Of a DNA stretch of 64,000 nt, positions 37,868 through 47,258 are shown one piece after another. Numbering within the stretch: the first letter of the stretch is position 1; every line of letters starts with the position of its first letter. Source of the stretch: Jatrophihabitans sp. (lineage in GTDB: Bacteria; Actinomycetota; Actinomycetes; Mycobacteriales; Jatrophihabitantaceae); NCBI GenBank assembly GCA_036261575.1, contig DATAKO010000049.1:40-64039 (forward strand). The letters run 5' to 3'. The notes below the pieces were generated by a model, which ran no database searches, was not told where the DNA came from, and saw only the letters and a program-made list of their open reading frames with translations. Made by a program: the position numbers and the translations under genes.

Positions 37868-38925
37868 CAGCCGTGATCGACCCCGCCGCCCCGGCCAGCA
37901 CCGGTGACGAGCCGGTGGTCCAGGTACGCGAGCTGACCGTCCGTTACGGCGGCCGCGGCCTGTTCAACCGGGCCGGCATCACCGCTGCGCGGCGGGTCAG
38001 CTTCAACATCGAGTCCGGGCGCACGCTCGGCATCGCCGGCGAGTCGGGCTCCGGCAAGAGCACCGTCGCGCGGGCCATCACGCGGGTGATCGACAGCCAC
38101 GCCGGTCAGGTGCTGGTAGCCGGCCATGACGTGCGCGCGCTGCGTGGCCGGGGCCTGCGCCGGTTCCGACGGCACATGCAGATGGTGTTCCAGGACCCTT
38201 ATGACTCGCTGAACTCCAGGCTCACCGCCGGGCAGAACGTGGCCGAGGGCCTGGTCGCCGCGGGGGGGCGGCGACCCGATCACACGCTGCGCGTGCGCGA
38301 GCTGTTCGACCGGGTTGGCTTGCCGGTCTCCTTCACCGACCGCTACCCGCATCAGCTATCCGGCGGCCAGCGGCAGCGGGTGTCGATCGCCCGGGCACTC
38401 GCGGTGAACCCGCAGGTCCTGGTGTGCGACGAGGCGGTGTCGGCGCTGGACGTATCCATCCGGGCGCAGATCCTCAACCTGCTCAAGGACCTGCAGGAAC
38501 GCGACGGCATCTCGCTGCTGTTCATCTCCCACGACCTGTCCACACTGCGGTTCATCGCCGACGAGATCGCCATCATGTACTTCGGCCAGATCGTCGAGGT
38601 CGGCCCGGCCGACGTCATCTTCGCCGATCCGCGCCACCCGTACACCCAGGCCCTGATCGCCGCGGTGCCCGAGCCGGGAGCGCGCCGCCGCTACCCGCGC
38701 AGCAGGCTGGCCGGCGAAGCACCCAGTCATCACGCGCCGCCGCCGGGCTGCCCGTTCCAGCCGCGTTGCCCGCTGGCCACCGAGGTATGCCGCCAGCAGG
38801 ATCCGGCGCTGTTACCGCACCGCAACGGCAACCGGGTGGCCTGCCATCACGCCGATGACGCGGTCGCTGTCACTGCGGCTCCGGATGCGGCTGCGCCGGC
38901 TTCGATCGAGGAGGACCGGTCATGA
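37864..38925 (+). CDS. ABC peptide transporter ATPase (OppF/DppF)
   Basis: [41 protein letters not shown]. Confidence 0.95.
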   Translation: MTAVIDPAAPASTGDEPVVQVRELTVRYGGRGLFNRAGITAARRVSFNIESGRTLGIAGESGSGKSTVARAITRVIDSHAGQVLVAGHDVRALRGRGLRRFRRHMQMVFQDPYDSLNSRLTAGQNVAEGLVAAGGRRPDHTLRVRELFDRVGLPVSFTDRYPHQLSGGQRQRVSIARALAVNPQVLVCDEAVSALDVSIRAQILNLLKDLQERDGISLLFISHDLSTLRFIADEIAIMYFGQIVEVGPADVIFADPRHPYTQALIAAVPEPGARRRYPRSRLAGEAPSHHAPPPGCPFQPRCPLATEVCRQQDPALLPHRNGNRVACHHADDAVAVTAAPDAAAPASIEEDRS

Positions 38926-39893
38926 CACTCGAACCGGCCGATCACCTGTCCGCTATGGCCACCGGCGCCACCCAGGCGCCCACCCTGGGCCTGGCATCGG
39001 CCGGCGAGTCGGCCGAGCTGCCGCCGGCCGCGCCCGGCCTGGGCCGGCGGATCCGGCACAGCCTGCGCTCGGACAAACCGGCGATCGTGTCGATCACGCT
39101 GCTGGTGCTGCTGGCGCTGGCCGCGGTGCTCGCTCCGCTGCTGGCCCCGCACGACCCACTGCACACCTTTGCCGACGGCATCAGCTCCGACGGTGCACCG
39201 CTCGGTCCGGGCGGCAAGTTCCCGCTCGGCACCGATCCGAGCGGCCGGGACGTGCTGTCCCGGCTGCTGTTCGGAGCGCGGGTGTCGCTCACCATCGGCA
39301 TCCTGGCCAACGGGTTGGCCACCGTGATCGGGGTGTTCGTCGGCCTGTGCGCCGGCTACCTCGGTGGCTGGGTCGAGACCATCCTGATGCGGCTGACCGA
39401 CATCGTGATGTCCTTCCCGATCCTGCTCTTCTGCATCGCCCTGATCGCGGTCACCGGGCCCAGCGAACGCAACGTGATCATCGTGATCGCGTTGATCTAC
39501 TGGACAACGCTGGCCCGGATCACCCGAAGCCTGGTGCTGTCGCTGAAGGAGCGGGAGTTCGTCGTCGCGGCCCGGGCCCTCGGGCTGAGCCACTGGCGGA
39601 TCATGCGCAAGCACCTGTTCCCGCACCTGGTGCCGACGATCATCGTCTACGCCACCCTGGGTGTGGCGTCCTCCATCCTGATCGAGGCATCGCTGTCCTT
39701 CCTCGGCATCGGGGTGCCGATTCCCAACCCGTCGTGGGGTCAGATGATCGACCAGGGCCGGGAGTACTACCAGATCGCGCCGTGGCTGCTCATCTTCCCC
39801 GGCCTGTGCCTGGTGTTGACGGTGCTCTCGTTCAACCTTGCCGGTGACTGGTTGCGCGACCTGCTCGACCCGACTGCTGCGGAGCGTCGCTGA
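38922..39893 (+). CDS. ABC peptide transporter permease (OppC/DppC)
   Basis: LGTDPSGRDV, GARVSL, EFVVAARALG, LSFLGIG, PSWG. Confidence 0.95.
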   Translation: MTLEPADHLSAMATGATQAPTLGLASAGESAELPPAAPGLGRRIRHSLRSDKPAIVSITLLVLLALAAVLAPLLAPHDPLHTFADGISSDGAPLGPGGKFPLGTDPSGRDVLSRLLFGARVSLTIGILANGLATVIGVFVGLCAGYLGGWVETILMRLTDIVMSFPILLFCIALIAVTGPSERNVIIVIALIYWTTLARITRSLVLSLKEREFVVAARALGLSHWRIMRKHLFPHLVPTIIVYATLGVASSILIEASLSFLGIGVPIPNPSWGQMIDQGREYYQIAPWLLIFPGLCLVLTVLSFNLAGDWLRDLLDPTAAERR

Positions 39894-39894
39894 C

Positions 39895-40821
39895 ATGACT
39901 GGATTCCTCTACCGCCGCATTCCGCAGACGGTCATCGTGCTGTTCGGCGTGGTGACGCTCGCGTTCTTCATGACGCACGTGGTGCCCGGCGACCCGGCCC
40001 GGCTGATCGCCGGTCCGAACGCCAGCGCCGCCACGGTCGCCTCGATCCACCGTCAGCTCGGTCTCGATCGCAGCCTTGCCTACCAGTACTGGCTGTTCGT
40101 CAAGGGCCTGGTGCACGGCGACCTCGGCAACAGCTACGCGCTGGCCGGCCAGTCGGTCAGCTCTCTCATCCTGCACGCGTTGCCGGTCAGCCTGTGCGTC
40201 GCGGTCGCCGGTGTGCTGTTCGAGGTGCTGCTCGGCGTGCCGGTCGGCATCATCGCCGCCTACCGGCCCAAGGGCCTGCTGGACCGGCTCACCACCCTGG
40301 CGACGCTGCTCGGCCTGTCCGCGCCACCGTTCTGGCTCGGGCTCATCCTGCTCTACGTTCTTGCATACAAGTTCAGCGTATTCCCGCTCACCGGCTGGCA
40401 GTCGCCGTACCTGAACTACCTGCTGCTGCCCGGCTTCACGCTCGGCCTTGGCGGCGCGGCGTGGTACGCCCGGATGACCCGCACGAATATGATCGAGGCG
40501 CTGCGCAGCCCGTACGTGCAGTTCGCACGCGCCAAGGGCATGCCAGAGCGGCACATCCTGCTACGGCATGCGTTGCGCAACGTGCTGTCGCCGCTGATCA
40601 CCATGCTGGGCATGGATCTCGGCTACTTCCTCGGCGGCGTCGTCGTGATCGAATCCGTCTTCGGGCTGCCCGGCGTCGGCAAGCTCACCTTCGACGCCAT
40701 CGGCACCCTGGACATCCCCATGATCACCGGCGCCGTGCTGTTCGCGGCCTTCTTCATCGTCCTGATGAACCTGCTGGTCGACTTCGCCTACTCGGTGGTC
40801 GATCCGCGCGTTCGTCGCTAG
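39895..40821 (+). CDS. ABC peptide transporter permease (OppB/DppB)
   Basis: PGDPA, GDLGNS, YVQFARAKG, ESVFGLPGVG, DPRVR. Confidence 0.95.
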   Translation: MTGFLYRRIPQTVIVLFGVVTLAFFMTHVVPGDPARLIAGPNASAATVASIHRQLGLDRSLAYQYWLFVKGLVHGDLGNSYALAGQSVSSLILHALPVSLCVAVAGVLFEVLLGVPVGIIAAYRPKGLLDRLTTLATLLGLSAPPFWLGLILLYVLAYKFSVFPLTGWQSPYLNYLLLPGFTLGLGGAAWYARMTRTNMIEALRSPYVQFARAKGMPERHILLRHALRNVLSPLITMLGMDLGYFLGGVVVIESVFGLPGVGKLTFDAIGTLDIPMITGAVLFAAFFIVLMNLLVDFAYSVVDPRVRR

Positions 40822-40873
40822 CCATGCCGGCGCGGCCGGTTTCCGATATTGCCTGTGCTGAAAGGAAGAACTG

Positions 40874-42004
40874 ATGGATAGCAAGCTTCGTGTCGCAGTC
40901 GTGGGGGCGGGCCGTTGGGCCCAGCGAGCGCACATCCCGGGCTGGCAGCGCGACCCGCGGGTCGAGGTGGTCGCCCTGGTGGACACCGACGAGCAGGTGC
41001 TGGCCGAGGCCGGTGCGCGCTTCGGCGTGAGCCGGTTGCACACCGACTACCGTGAGCTGCTCAGCGACCCGGACATCGACGTGATCGACGTGGCCACCGC
41101 CAACACCGCCCACTTCGAGGTGTCCGAGGCCGCACTGCTGGCCGGCAAGCACGTGCTGTGCGAGAAGCCGGTGCACCACGATTACCGGCAGACCCAGCGG
41201 CTGGCCGACCTGGCCAAGTCCCGCGGTCTGAAGACGAAGCTCGGCTTCACCTTCCGCTACGCCCCGGCCGTGCAGTACGCCCGCTCGCTGATCGAGCAGG
41301 GCTTCGTCGGCACGCCCTACATCTTCAACGGCTACGAGCAGAACAGCCAGTGGATCGACCCGCAGACCCCGATGCGCCAGGTCGACCCGAACGCCGACCC
41401 GGCCGTCATCGCCACCTCGTCCATCGAGGGCTACGGTGCGCCGATCATCGACATCATGCACGAGTGGGTCGCTGCACCGCTGACCTCGGTGGTGGGCACC
41501 ATGCGCAACTTCGTGCCGGAGCGGATGGTGCGGGCGACCGGCCAGATGCAGCGGCTGAACATCGACGACGGCGACATGTGGATCTGCGAGTTCGAGAACA
41601 ACGTGATGGCATCGATCCAATCCTCCTACGTCACCGTCGGCAACTTCCCCGGCATCGAGGCGCGTATCTTCGGCTCCGAGGGCGCCATCATCGTCCGGCT
41701 GGTGGACGAGTTCGGGATCTGCCAGACGATCAAGACCGCCACCAAGGATGAGGTCGAGTTCGTCGAGCGGGAGATCCCGCAGCAGTTCTTCCCGGCGGGC
41801 GGCGCGTCCACCGAGGACTGGGACTTCCTGTTCTACTCCAGCCTGTGCCTGGACTTCACCACCGAGATCCTGTCCGGTGAGGCGGTCAACCAGGGTGACT
41901 TCGCCCAGGGCGCGCTGGTGCAGGAGACCATCAACGCCTTCGAGACCTCGTTCCGCAACCGGGCCTGGACCCGGTTCCCGCTCAGCGCCGAGCTCAACTC
42001 GTGA
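40874..42004 (+). CDS. Gfo/Idh/MocA oxidoreductase
   Basis: VAVVGAG, DVIDVAT, HVLCEKP; GAAAGGAAG RBS. Confidence 0.92.
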   Translation: MDSKLRVAVVGAGRWAQRAHIPGWQRDPRVEVVALVDTDEQVLAEAGARFGVSRLHTDYRELLSDPDIDVIDVATANTAHFEVSEAALLAGKHVLCEKPVHHDYRQTQRLADLAKSRGLKTKLGFTFRYAPAVQYARSLIEQGFVGTPYIFNGYEQNSQWIDPQTPMRQVDPNADPAVIATSSIEGYGAPIIDIMHEWVAAPLTSVVGTMRNFVPERMVRATGQMQRLNIDDGDMWICEFENNVMASIQSSYVTVGNFPGIEARIFGSEGAIIVRLVDEFGICQTIKTATKDEVEFVEREIPQQFFPAGGASTEDWDFLFYSSLCLDFTTEILSGEAVNQGDFAQGALVQETINAFETSFRNRAWTRFPLSAELNS

Positions 42005-43470
42005 CCGCTCACGAGTGGGGTGAGCTGGCCGAGGACGCGACGGCGGTCCGGCTGATCGAGGACGCGCTGGATGCGGCCGGCCCCGCCGAGTTCGCCGACG
42101 TCCGGCTGATCGAGGCGGAGGAGCTGCGGCTCTACAGCCAGCTCGGTGCCGACAGCGATGAGCGCGTCGAGCACAACGTCGGCATCGGTGTCCGGGTTCT
42201 GCTCGACGGTGCATGGGGATTCGCGTCCAGGCCGCTGCTGGATGCGGCCGATCCGGCCAGAGCCGCGCGTCAGGCGCTGGCCTCGGCACGCGCCTCGGCC
42301 GGAACCACGGCGCCGGCCCGGCTGGACCCGATGCCGGCCGCCAGTGGTCGCTACCAGACCGAGGTCGAGCAGGATCCGTTCGCGGTCTCCGCCGAGGAGC
42401 GGCAGCGGCTGCTGGCCGAGGTGATCTCCAACGCGGCGGCGACGGCCGGCATCGTCTCGGTGCAGGCCGGCATCAACGCCAAGCGCCAGCACCGGCACTT
42501 CGGCAACAGCGAGGGCTCCCGCCAGCACCAGCACTTCGTCGAGACCGGAGCCGGCCTGGTCGCCAACGCGGCCGGCCATGACGACGTCCAGCGGCGCAGC
42601 TACCCCAACTCTTTCCACGGCAACACCGCCGCGGCCGGCTGGGAGTACCTGCGCACCCTCGACCTGGCCAACCAGGCCGTCCGGGTCGGCGAGGAGGCGG
42701 TGGCGCTGCTCACCGCTCCGATGGCCGATCCCGGTTATGCCGACGTGGTGATCGGAGCCCAGCAGGTCTCGCTGCAGATCCACGAATCGGCCGGGCACGC
42801 GCTGGAGCTGGATCGCATTCTCGGCGATGAGGCCAACTACGCGGGTACCTCTTTCATCACCGCCGAGGACATCGGCACGCTGCGTTACGGCTCGCCCGCG
42901 GTCACCATCACCTCCGATCCCACCATCGGCGGCACCCGAGGCAGCTTTGCCTTCGACGACGAGGGCACGCCGGCCCGGCGGACCCGCCTGATCGATCGGG
43001 GCGTGGTGGCGGCCACGCTGTCCAACCGGGACGCAGCCGGCCGCTCCGGGCAGCAGCTGACCGGTGCCGCCCGTGCTGACGGCTGGGCCTACCTGCCGGT
43101 CTGCTTCGCCACCCACGTCTACCTCGAGCCGGGCCAGGGATCGCTGGACGAGCTGCTCGACCGGATGGGCGACGGCTACTACATCGACGACAACCGCAGC
43201 TGGTCGATCGACAACCGGCGCTGGAACTTCCAGTTCGGCACCGAGGTCGCCTACGAGGTGCGCAAGGGAAAGCGGGGCCGGCTGATGAAGAACTTCTCCT
43301 ACGGCGGCATCACGCCGCAGTTCTGGGGATCGGTGGAGGCGGTGGCCGGGCCGGAGGAGCTGCGCATCTTCGGCTACCCGTGCGGCAAGGGTGAGCCGAA
43401 GCAATGGGGCTTCCTGAGCCACGCCGCGGCACCGATGCTGGTACGCAACCTGCGGATCGGGGTCGCCTGA
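42001..43470 (+). CDS. tldD: TldD metalloprotease
   Basis: VRVLLDGAWGFAS, HESAGHALE (HExxxH), FDDEG, QFG, CGKGEP (Cys ligand). Confidence 0.92.
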   Translation: MTAHEWGELAEDATAVRLIEDALDAAGPAEFADVRLIEAEELRLYSQLGADSDERVEHNVGIGVRVLLDGAWGFASRPLLDAADPARAARQALASARASAGTTAPARLDPMPAASGRYQTEVEQDPFAVSAEERQRLLAEVISNAAATAGIVSVQAGINAKRQHRHFGNSEGSRQHQHFVETGAGLVANAAGHDDVQRRSYPNSFHGNTAAAGWEYLRTLDLANQAVRVGEEAVALLTAPMADPGYADVVIGAQQVSLQIHESAGHALELDRILGDEANYAGTSFITAEDIGTLRYGSPAVTITSDPTIGGTRGSFAFDDEGTPARRTRLIDRGVVAATLSNRDAAGRSGQQLTGAARADGWAYLPVCFATHVYLEPGQGSLDELLDRMGDGYYIDDNRSWSIDNRRWNFQFGTEVAYEVRKGKRGRLMKNFSYGGITPQFWGSVEAVAGPEELRIFGYPCGKGEPKQWGFLSHAAAPMLVRNLRIGVA

Positions 43471-44870
43471 TGACCGGCCTGATCGAGTTCGCCCCGCCAC
43501 TGACAGCAGACCGCGCGCTGGCCGCGGTCGAGCAGGCGGTCGCCGCCTGCCCGGCCGACGAGGTCGAGGTGACCTTGCTCGGCCGCAGCGGTGAGTACAG
43601 CCGTTTCGCCGGCGAGCGCATCCACCAGCCGCAGGACATCACCGAGGTGAGCGTCAGCGTCAAGGCCATCGTCAACGGGCATGCGGCACGGGCCGCGACC
43701 AGCAGCCTGGACCGGGTGGCCGAGACCGCGCGGCGGGCGGGCGAGCTGGCCGGTGGCCGGACCCGGCTCAACGCCGCGGCGGGCAGCGCGCGGGTCGCGG
43801 CCGGCCAGGGCGAGAATGCCGCGGAACCTGTGCCCGAACTCAGCCATGAGGACACGCTCGCCTTCGACGCCGGCCGCCGGGTGGCCCTGATCGCGCGGGC
43901 CATGCACGCGGCTGCCGAGCACGGTGGCCGGGCCGCGGGCATGATCGGTCGCGCTTACACCCAGATCGCGGTGGGCACCAGCACCGGTGTGCGGCGGCAT
44001 GCGGTGGCAACGGAGGCCAGCGGTTCGCTGACCATGGCGATCGACGACGGCACCGCGCACTGGGTGGACCTGCACCGCAGCGCCGACGCGCTCGACGCGG
44101 CAGGCAGCATCGACCGGGCGCTGCAGCGCGCGCTGGCCGGCCGGGGCCGGATCGAGATGCCGGACGGTGAGTTCACGGTGGTGCTCGGCCCGCAGGCGGC
44201 CGGTGAGCTGATCGGCTTCCTGGACGCGCTGGGCTTTTCCGGCGAGCTTGCGGCGGCCGGCGTCGGGGTGTGGGCACGGCAGGCCGGCCGGCGGCTGGTG
44301 TCCGAGCTGGTGACGGTGGCCGACGACGCCACCAGCAGCTACGGCCTACCGATCCCGTTCGACTTCGAGGGTGTCAGCAAGCGCCGGGTGCCTTTCTTCG
44401 CGGCCGGCGTGGTGGGCGAGCCCGTCACGGACCTGGCCACGGCGGCCGTGCTCGGCCGGGAGTCCAGTGGCAACGCGCACATCGCCCGCGAGGAGGTGCC
44501 CAGCCCGGTGGCCGCCAACCTGGTGCTGCAGCCGGGTACCGACACGGAGGAGTCCCTGATCGCCGGCGTGGAACGGGGGGTGTACGTCGAGCGGTTCTGG
44601 TACACCCGGTTGGTCGACCGGCAGGCCTCCACCATCACCGGCGTCAGCCGGGACGGCTGCTTCTTGATCCGCGACGGCCGGCTGGCCGAGCCGGTGGCGA
44701 CCGGCCGGTTCACCCAGTCGGTACTGGACTTCCTGGCCAGCGTGGACGGGGTGGCCGACCGGGTGCGCTCGCAACCGGTGATGAACGTGTGGAACGGCAG
44801 CGCGTCGGCACCGGCCGTACGCGGTCACCGCTTCCGCTTCGGCAGTCGCCCGGTCGGCGGTGCCCGATGA
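43470..44870 (+). CDS. tldE: TldE/PmbA partner subunit
   Basis: RFAGERIHQ, PFDFEG, TGVSRDGCFLIRDG; no HExxH; TGATG coupling to tldD. Confidence 0.88.
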   Translation: MTGLIEFAPPLTADRALAAVEQAVAACPADEVEVTLLGRSGEYSRFAGERIHQPQDITEVSVSVKAIVNGHAARAATSSLDRVAETARRAGELAGGRTRLNAAAGSARVAAGQGENAAEPVPELSHEDTLAFDAGRRVALIARAMHAAAEHGGRAAGMIGRAYTQIAVGTSTGVRRHAVATEASGSLTMAIDDGTAHWVDLHRSADALDAAGSIDRALQRALAGRGRIEMPDGEFTVVLGPQAAGELIGFLDALGFSGELAAAGVGVWARQAGRRLVSELVTVADDATSSYGLPIPFDFEGVSKRRVPFFAAGVVGEPVTDLATAAVLGRESSGNAHIAREEVPSPVAANLVLQPGTDTEESLIAGVERGVYVERFWYTRLVDRQASTITGVSRDGCFLIRDGRLAEPVATGRFTQSVLDFLASVDGVADRVRSQPVMNVWNGSASAPAVRGHRFRFGSRPVGGAR

Positions 44871-45742
44871 GGCCCCGTACCAACGCCGATCGATTGATCA
44901 CCCAGACCCTGGCAGGTGAGGTGTGGCCGCCGCTGGCGGACCGGCACGCCTACCGGGTCGACGCGGACGGCCAGCCGTTCCTGCTGCCCGGCATGGGCGG
45001 GGTGACCCTGGGCGTGCACCTGGGCGACCCGGCCACCGGCTACGCGGCCGACCACCTGGAGCCGGGCCTGTCCGTCCGGCACGCACAGCCGGGCCCGAAC
45101 CTGGCGTTGCAGTACCTCAGCTGCGTGGGCAACACGGTGACGGTCCGCTCCGGCCCGGCTGCCGGCGCCACCGGCGTGGTGATCGGCCAGCACGCCTACG
45201 TGCTGGTGGACATGGCCGACGAGGCGATGCGCGAGGTGTGCACCGGCGACCAGGTCGTGGTGACCGCCCGTGGCCAGGGTCTGCGCCTGCTGGATCATCC
45301 CGACGTGGTCGTGAAGAACCTGGATCCGGAGCTGGCCGGCAGGATGCCGCTGCAGACCTGTCCGGACGGCCGGCTGGAGGTCCGGGTGGCCGCCCGGGTG
45401 CCGGCGGCCGCGGTCGGCGCCGGCGCCGGCATGGTCTCCGAGTTCGCCAACACCGACCTGATGGGCGCCTACGCCGGCCAGGGGGAGGACCTCAGCCTGG
45501 GCCTGGAACGGCTGCGGATCGGGGACCTGGTGCTGCTGGAGGATCAGGATCACCGCTACGGCCGGGGCTTTCACGAGGGCTACCTGAGCATCGGCGTGAT
45601 CAGCACCGGGCACTGCAGGCTGTTCGGGCACGGCCCGGGCCCGTCCTCCATCCTGTCCGGACCGGCCTCGGCCTTCGCGATCGTCGACGACGAGTCGGCC
45701 AACCTGGCGCACTACCTCCTGGAAGGGGAACCGGCCCGATGA
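44867..45742 (+). CDS. DUF4438 (TM1086-like) protein, copy 1
   Basis: RTNADRLI, GGVTLGV, DHLEPGLS, SCVGN, GQGLRLLDHPDV, GHGPG match my recollection of TM1086. Confidence 0.82.
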   Translation: MRPRTNADRLITQTLAGEVWPPLADRHAYRVDADGQPFLLPGMGGVTLGVHLGDPATGYAADHLEPGLSVRHAQPGPNLALQYLSCVGNTVTVRSGPAAGATGVVIGQHAYVLVDMADEAMREVCTGDQVVVTARGQGLRLLDHPDVVVKNLDPELAGRMPLQTCPDGRLEVRVAARVPAAAVGAGAGMVSEFANTDLMGAYAGQGEDLSLGLERLRIGDLVLLEDQDHRYGRGFHEGYLSIGVISTGHCRLFGHGPGPSSILSGPASAFAIVDDESANLAHYLLEGEPAR

Positions 45743-46599
45743 GCGTGCCGACGGCAGTCGCGGTCAACCTGATCGGAACGGTGGAGCATCCGGAATTCGG
45801 CGGCTCCCCCTTCGCCGTCGCGATGGACGGCAGCCCCTACCTGCCGGTCGGCGATGCCGGCATCGTGCTCGGGGTGCAGCTGGGGGACCTGGTTTTCGGC
45901 CTGGAGGGTGATCACGTCGCACCGGGCGCCACCCTGACCCACCCGGACCAGGCGGCCCGGCACGCGCTGACCTCGTTCGCCTGCCTGGGCAACGAGGTCC
46001 GGGTCCGCACGGGCGGGGCTGCCGGTGCCACCGGCCGGGTGCTGGGCAAGCGAGGTGAGGCCGGCCGGGTCATCGTGGTGTTCGAGCCGGACGTGCTGGC
46101 CACCCTGGCTCCCGGCGATGCGATCCAGGTCCGCGGCTTCGGCCAGGGCAGCAGCTGCCCGCCGGAGCTGGCCGCGGCCGGCGCGGTCGTGCTGAACTGC
46201 GACCCGGCGATGCTGGACCGGCTGCAGGTGCGGCTGGGGGAGCGGGCCTCGTTCCCGGTGCGGGCGGTGGTGCCCTCGAAGTTGGTCGGCAACGGCCTGG
46301 GCCGGCCGGCGCAGCAGTGGGACCTGGACCTGGCCGTGACGGTCGGCAACGCCGAGCGCTGGTCGATGGCGCAGCTGCGCTTCGGTGACCTGATCGCGAT
46401 CACCGACCTGGACGTGCGGCACAACGCCGGCTACCGGCACGGCTGGACCACGGTGGGCGTGACGGTGCACGGCGCGAGCCGGTTGCCCGGCCACGGGCCC
46501 GGCGTGATGCCGGTGTTCTGCGGGCCGTCCGAGCTGGTCGACGTGCGCCCCGATGCCGCGGATCATCGCGGTGTCACGTCCGATCGCCTATGGTCCTAG
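45739..46599 (+). CDS. DUF4438 (TM1086-like) protein, copy 2
   Basis: GDHVAPG, ACLGN, GFGQG, LRFGDLIAITD, GHGPG; collinear with copy 1. Confidence 0.78.
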   Translation: MSVPTAVAVNLIGTVEHPEFGGSPFAVAMDGSPYLPVGDAGIVLGVQLGDLVFGLEGDHVAPGATLTHPDQAARHALTSFACLGNEVRVRTGGAAGATGRVLGKRGEAGRVIVVFEPDVLATLAPGDAIQVRGFGQGSSCPPELAAAGAVVLNCDPAMLDRLQVRLGERASFPVRAVVPSKLVGNGLGRPAQQWDLDLAVTVGNAERWSMAQLRFGDLIAITDLDVRHNAGYRHGWTTVGVTVHGASRLPGHGPGVMPVFCGPSELVDVRPDAADHRGVTSDRLWS

Positions 46600-47258
46600 A
46601 CGTGTCCGAAGCACACCTGCCACCGGGAACGCCGGATACCGCAGTGCTGCACATGTCACTGCCGGAGTCGGTGCACCAGATCCTGCGCCGGCGCATCCTC
46701 AACAACGAGCTGCGGGCCGGCACCCGGCTGGTCGAAGCCAACCTGGCGCTCGAACTGGGCGTCAGCCGCTCCACGCTGCGGCTGGCACTGCGGCAGCTGG
46801 CACAGGAGGGCCTGGTTGACGTCGCGCCGCGGCGGCACAGCACGGTCACCCGGATGTCGTATGAGGAGGTTCGCGACGCCTGTTACGCCCGGTACGTGCT
46901 GGAGGTGGGCGCGCTGCGCGCCATCGCCGACGACCAGCTGGAAGCGCTGGCCAGCGCGCTCGACGCCGTCGCGGCGCGCATGACGGAAGCCGCCAAGGCC
47001 AGCGATCTGGCGCTGCTGGTCGACCTGGACACCGAGTTCCACGGCTGCATCGTGCACGCGTCCGGCAAACGCCGGCTGGCCGGGCTGTGGTCGACCCTGG
47101 ACGCCCAGATGGGTGCGTTGATGCGTTCGTCGATGGAGGATCAGGCGATCGACCTGGCCGAGGCCGGCCGGCGGCACCAGCAGTTCGCCGACGTGGTCCG
47201 CTCCGGCGACCGGGACCGGATCGCGCACGAGCTCTACCACCACTACCTGCGCGACTGA
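46590..47258 (+). CDS. GntR family regulator (FCD domain)
   Basis: LVEANLALELGVSRSTLRLAL HTH; LDTEFH FCD motif. Confidence 0.92.
   Translation: MVLDVSEAHLPPGTPDTAVLHMSLPESVHQILRRRILNNELRAGTRLVEANLALELGVSRSTLRLALRQLAQEGLVDVAPRRHSTVTRMSYEEVRDACYARYVLEVGALRAIADDQLEALASALDAVAARMTEAAKASDLALLVDLDTEFHGCIVHASGKRRLAGLWSTLDAQMGALMRSSMEDQAIDLAEAGRRHQQFADVVRSGDRDRIAHELYHHYLRD

Noticed and set aside
41833-43500. 555-aa minus-strand ORF, and similar long antisense ORFs (e.g. 614..2461, 12128..13933, 15267..16835, 48972..50768)
   Set aside because: All overlap motif-supported genes on the other strand
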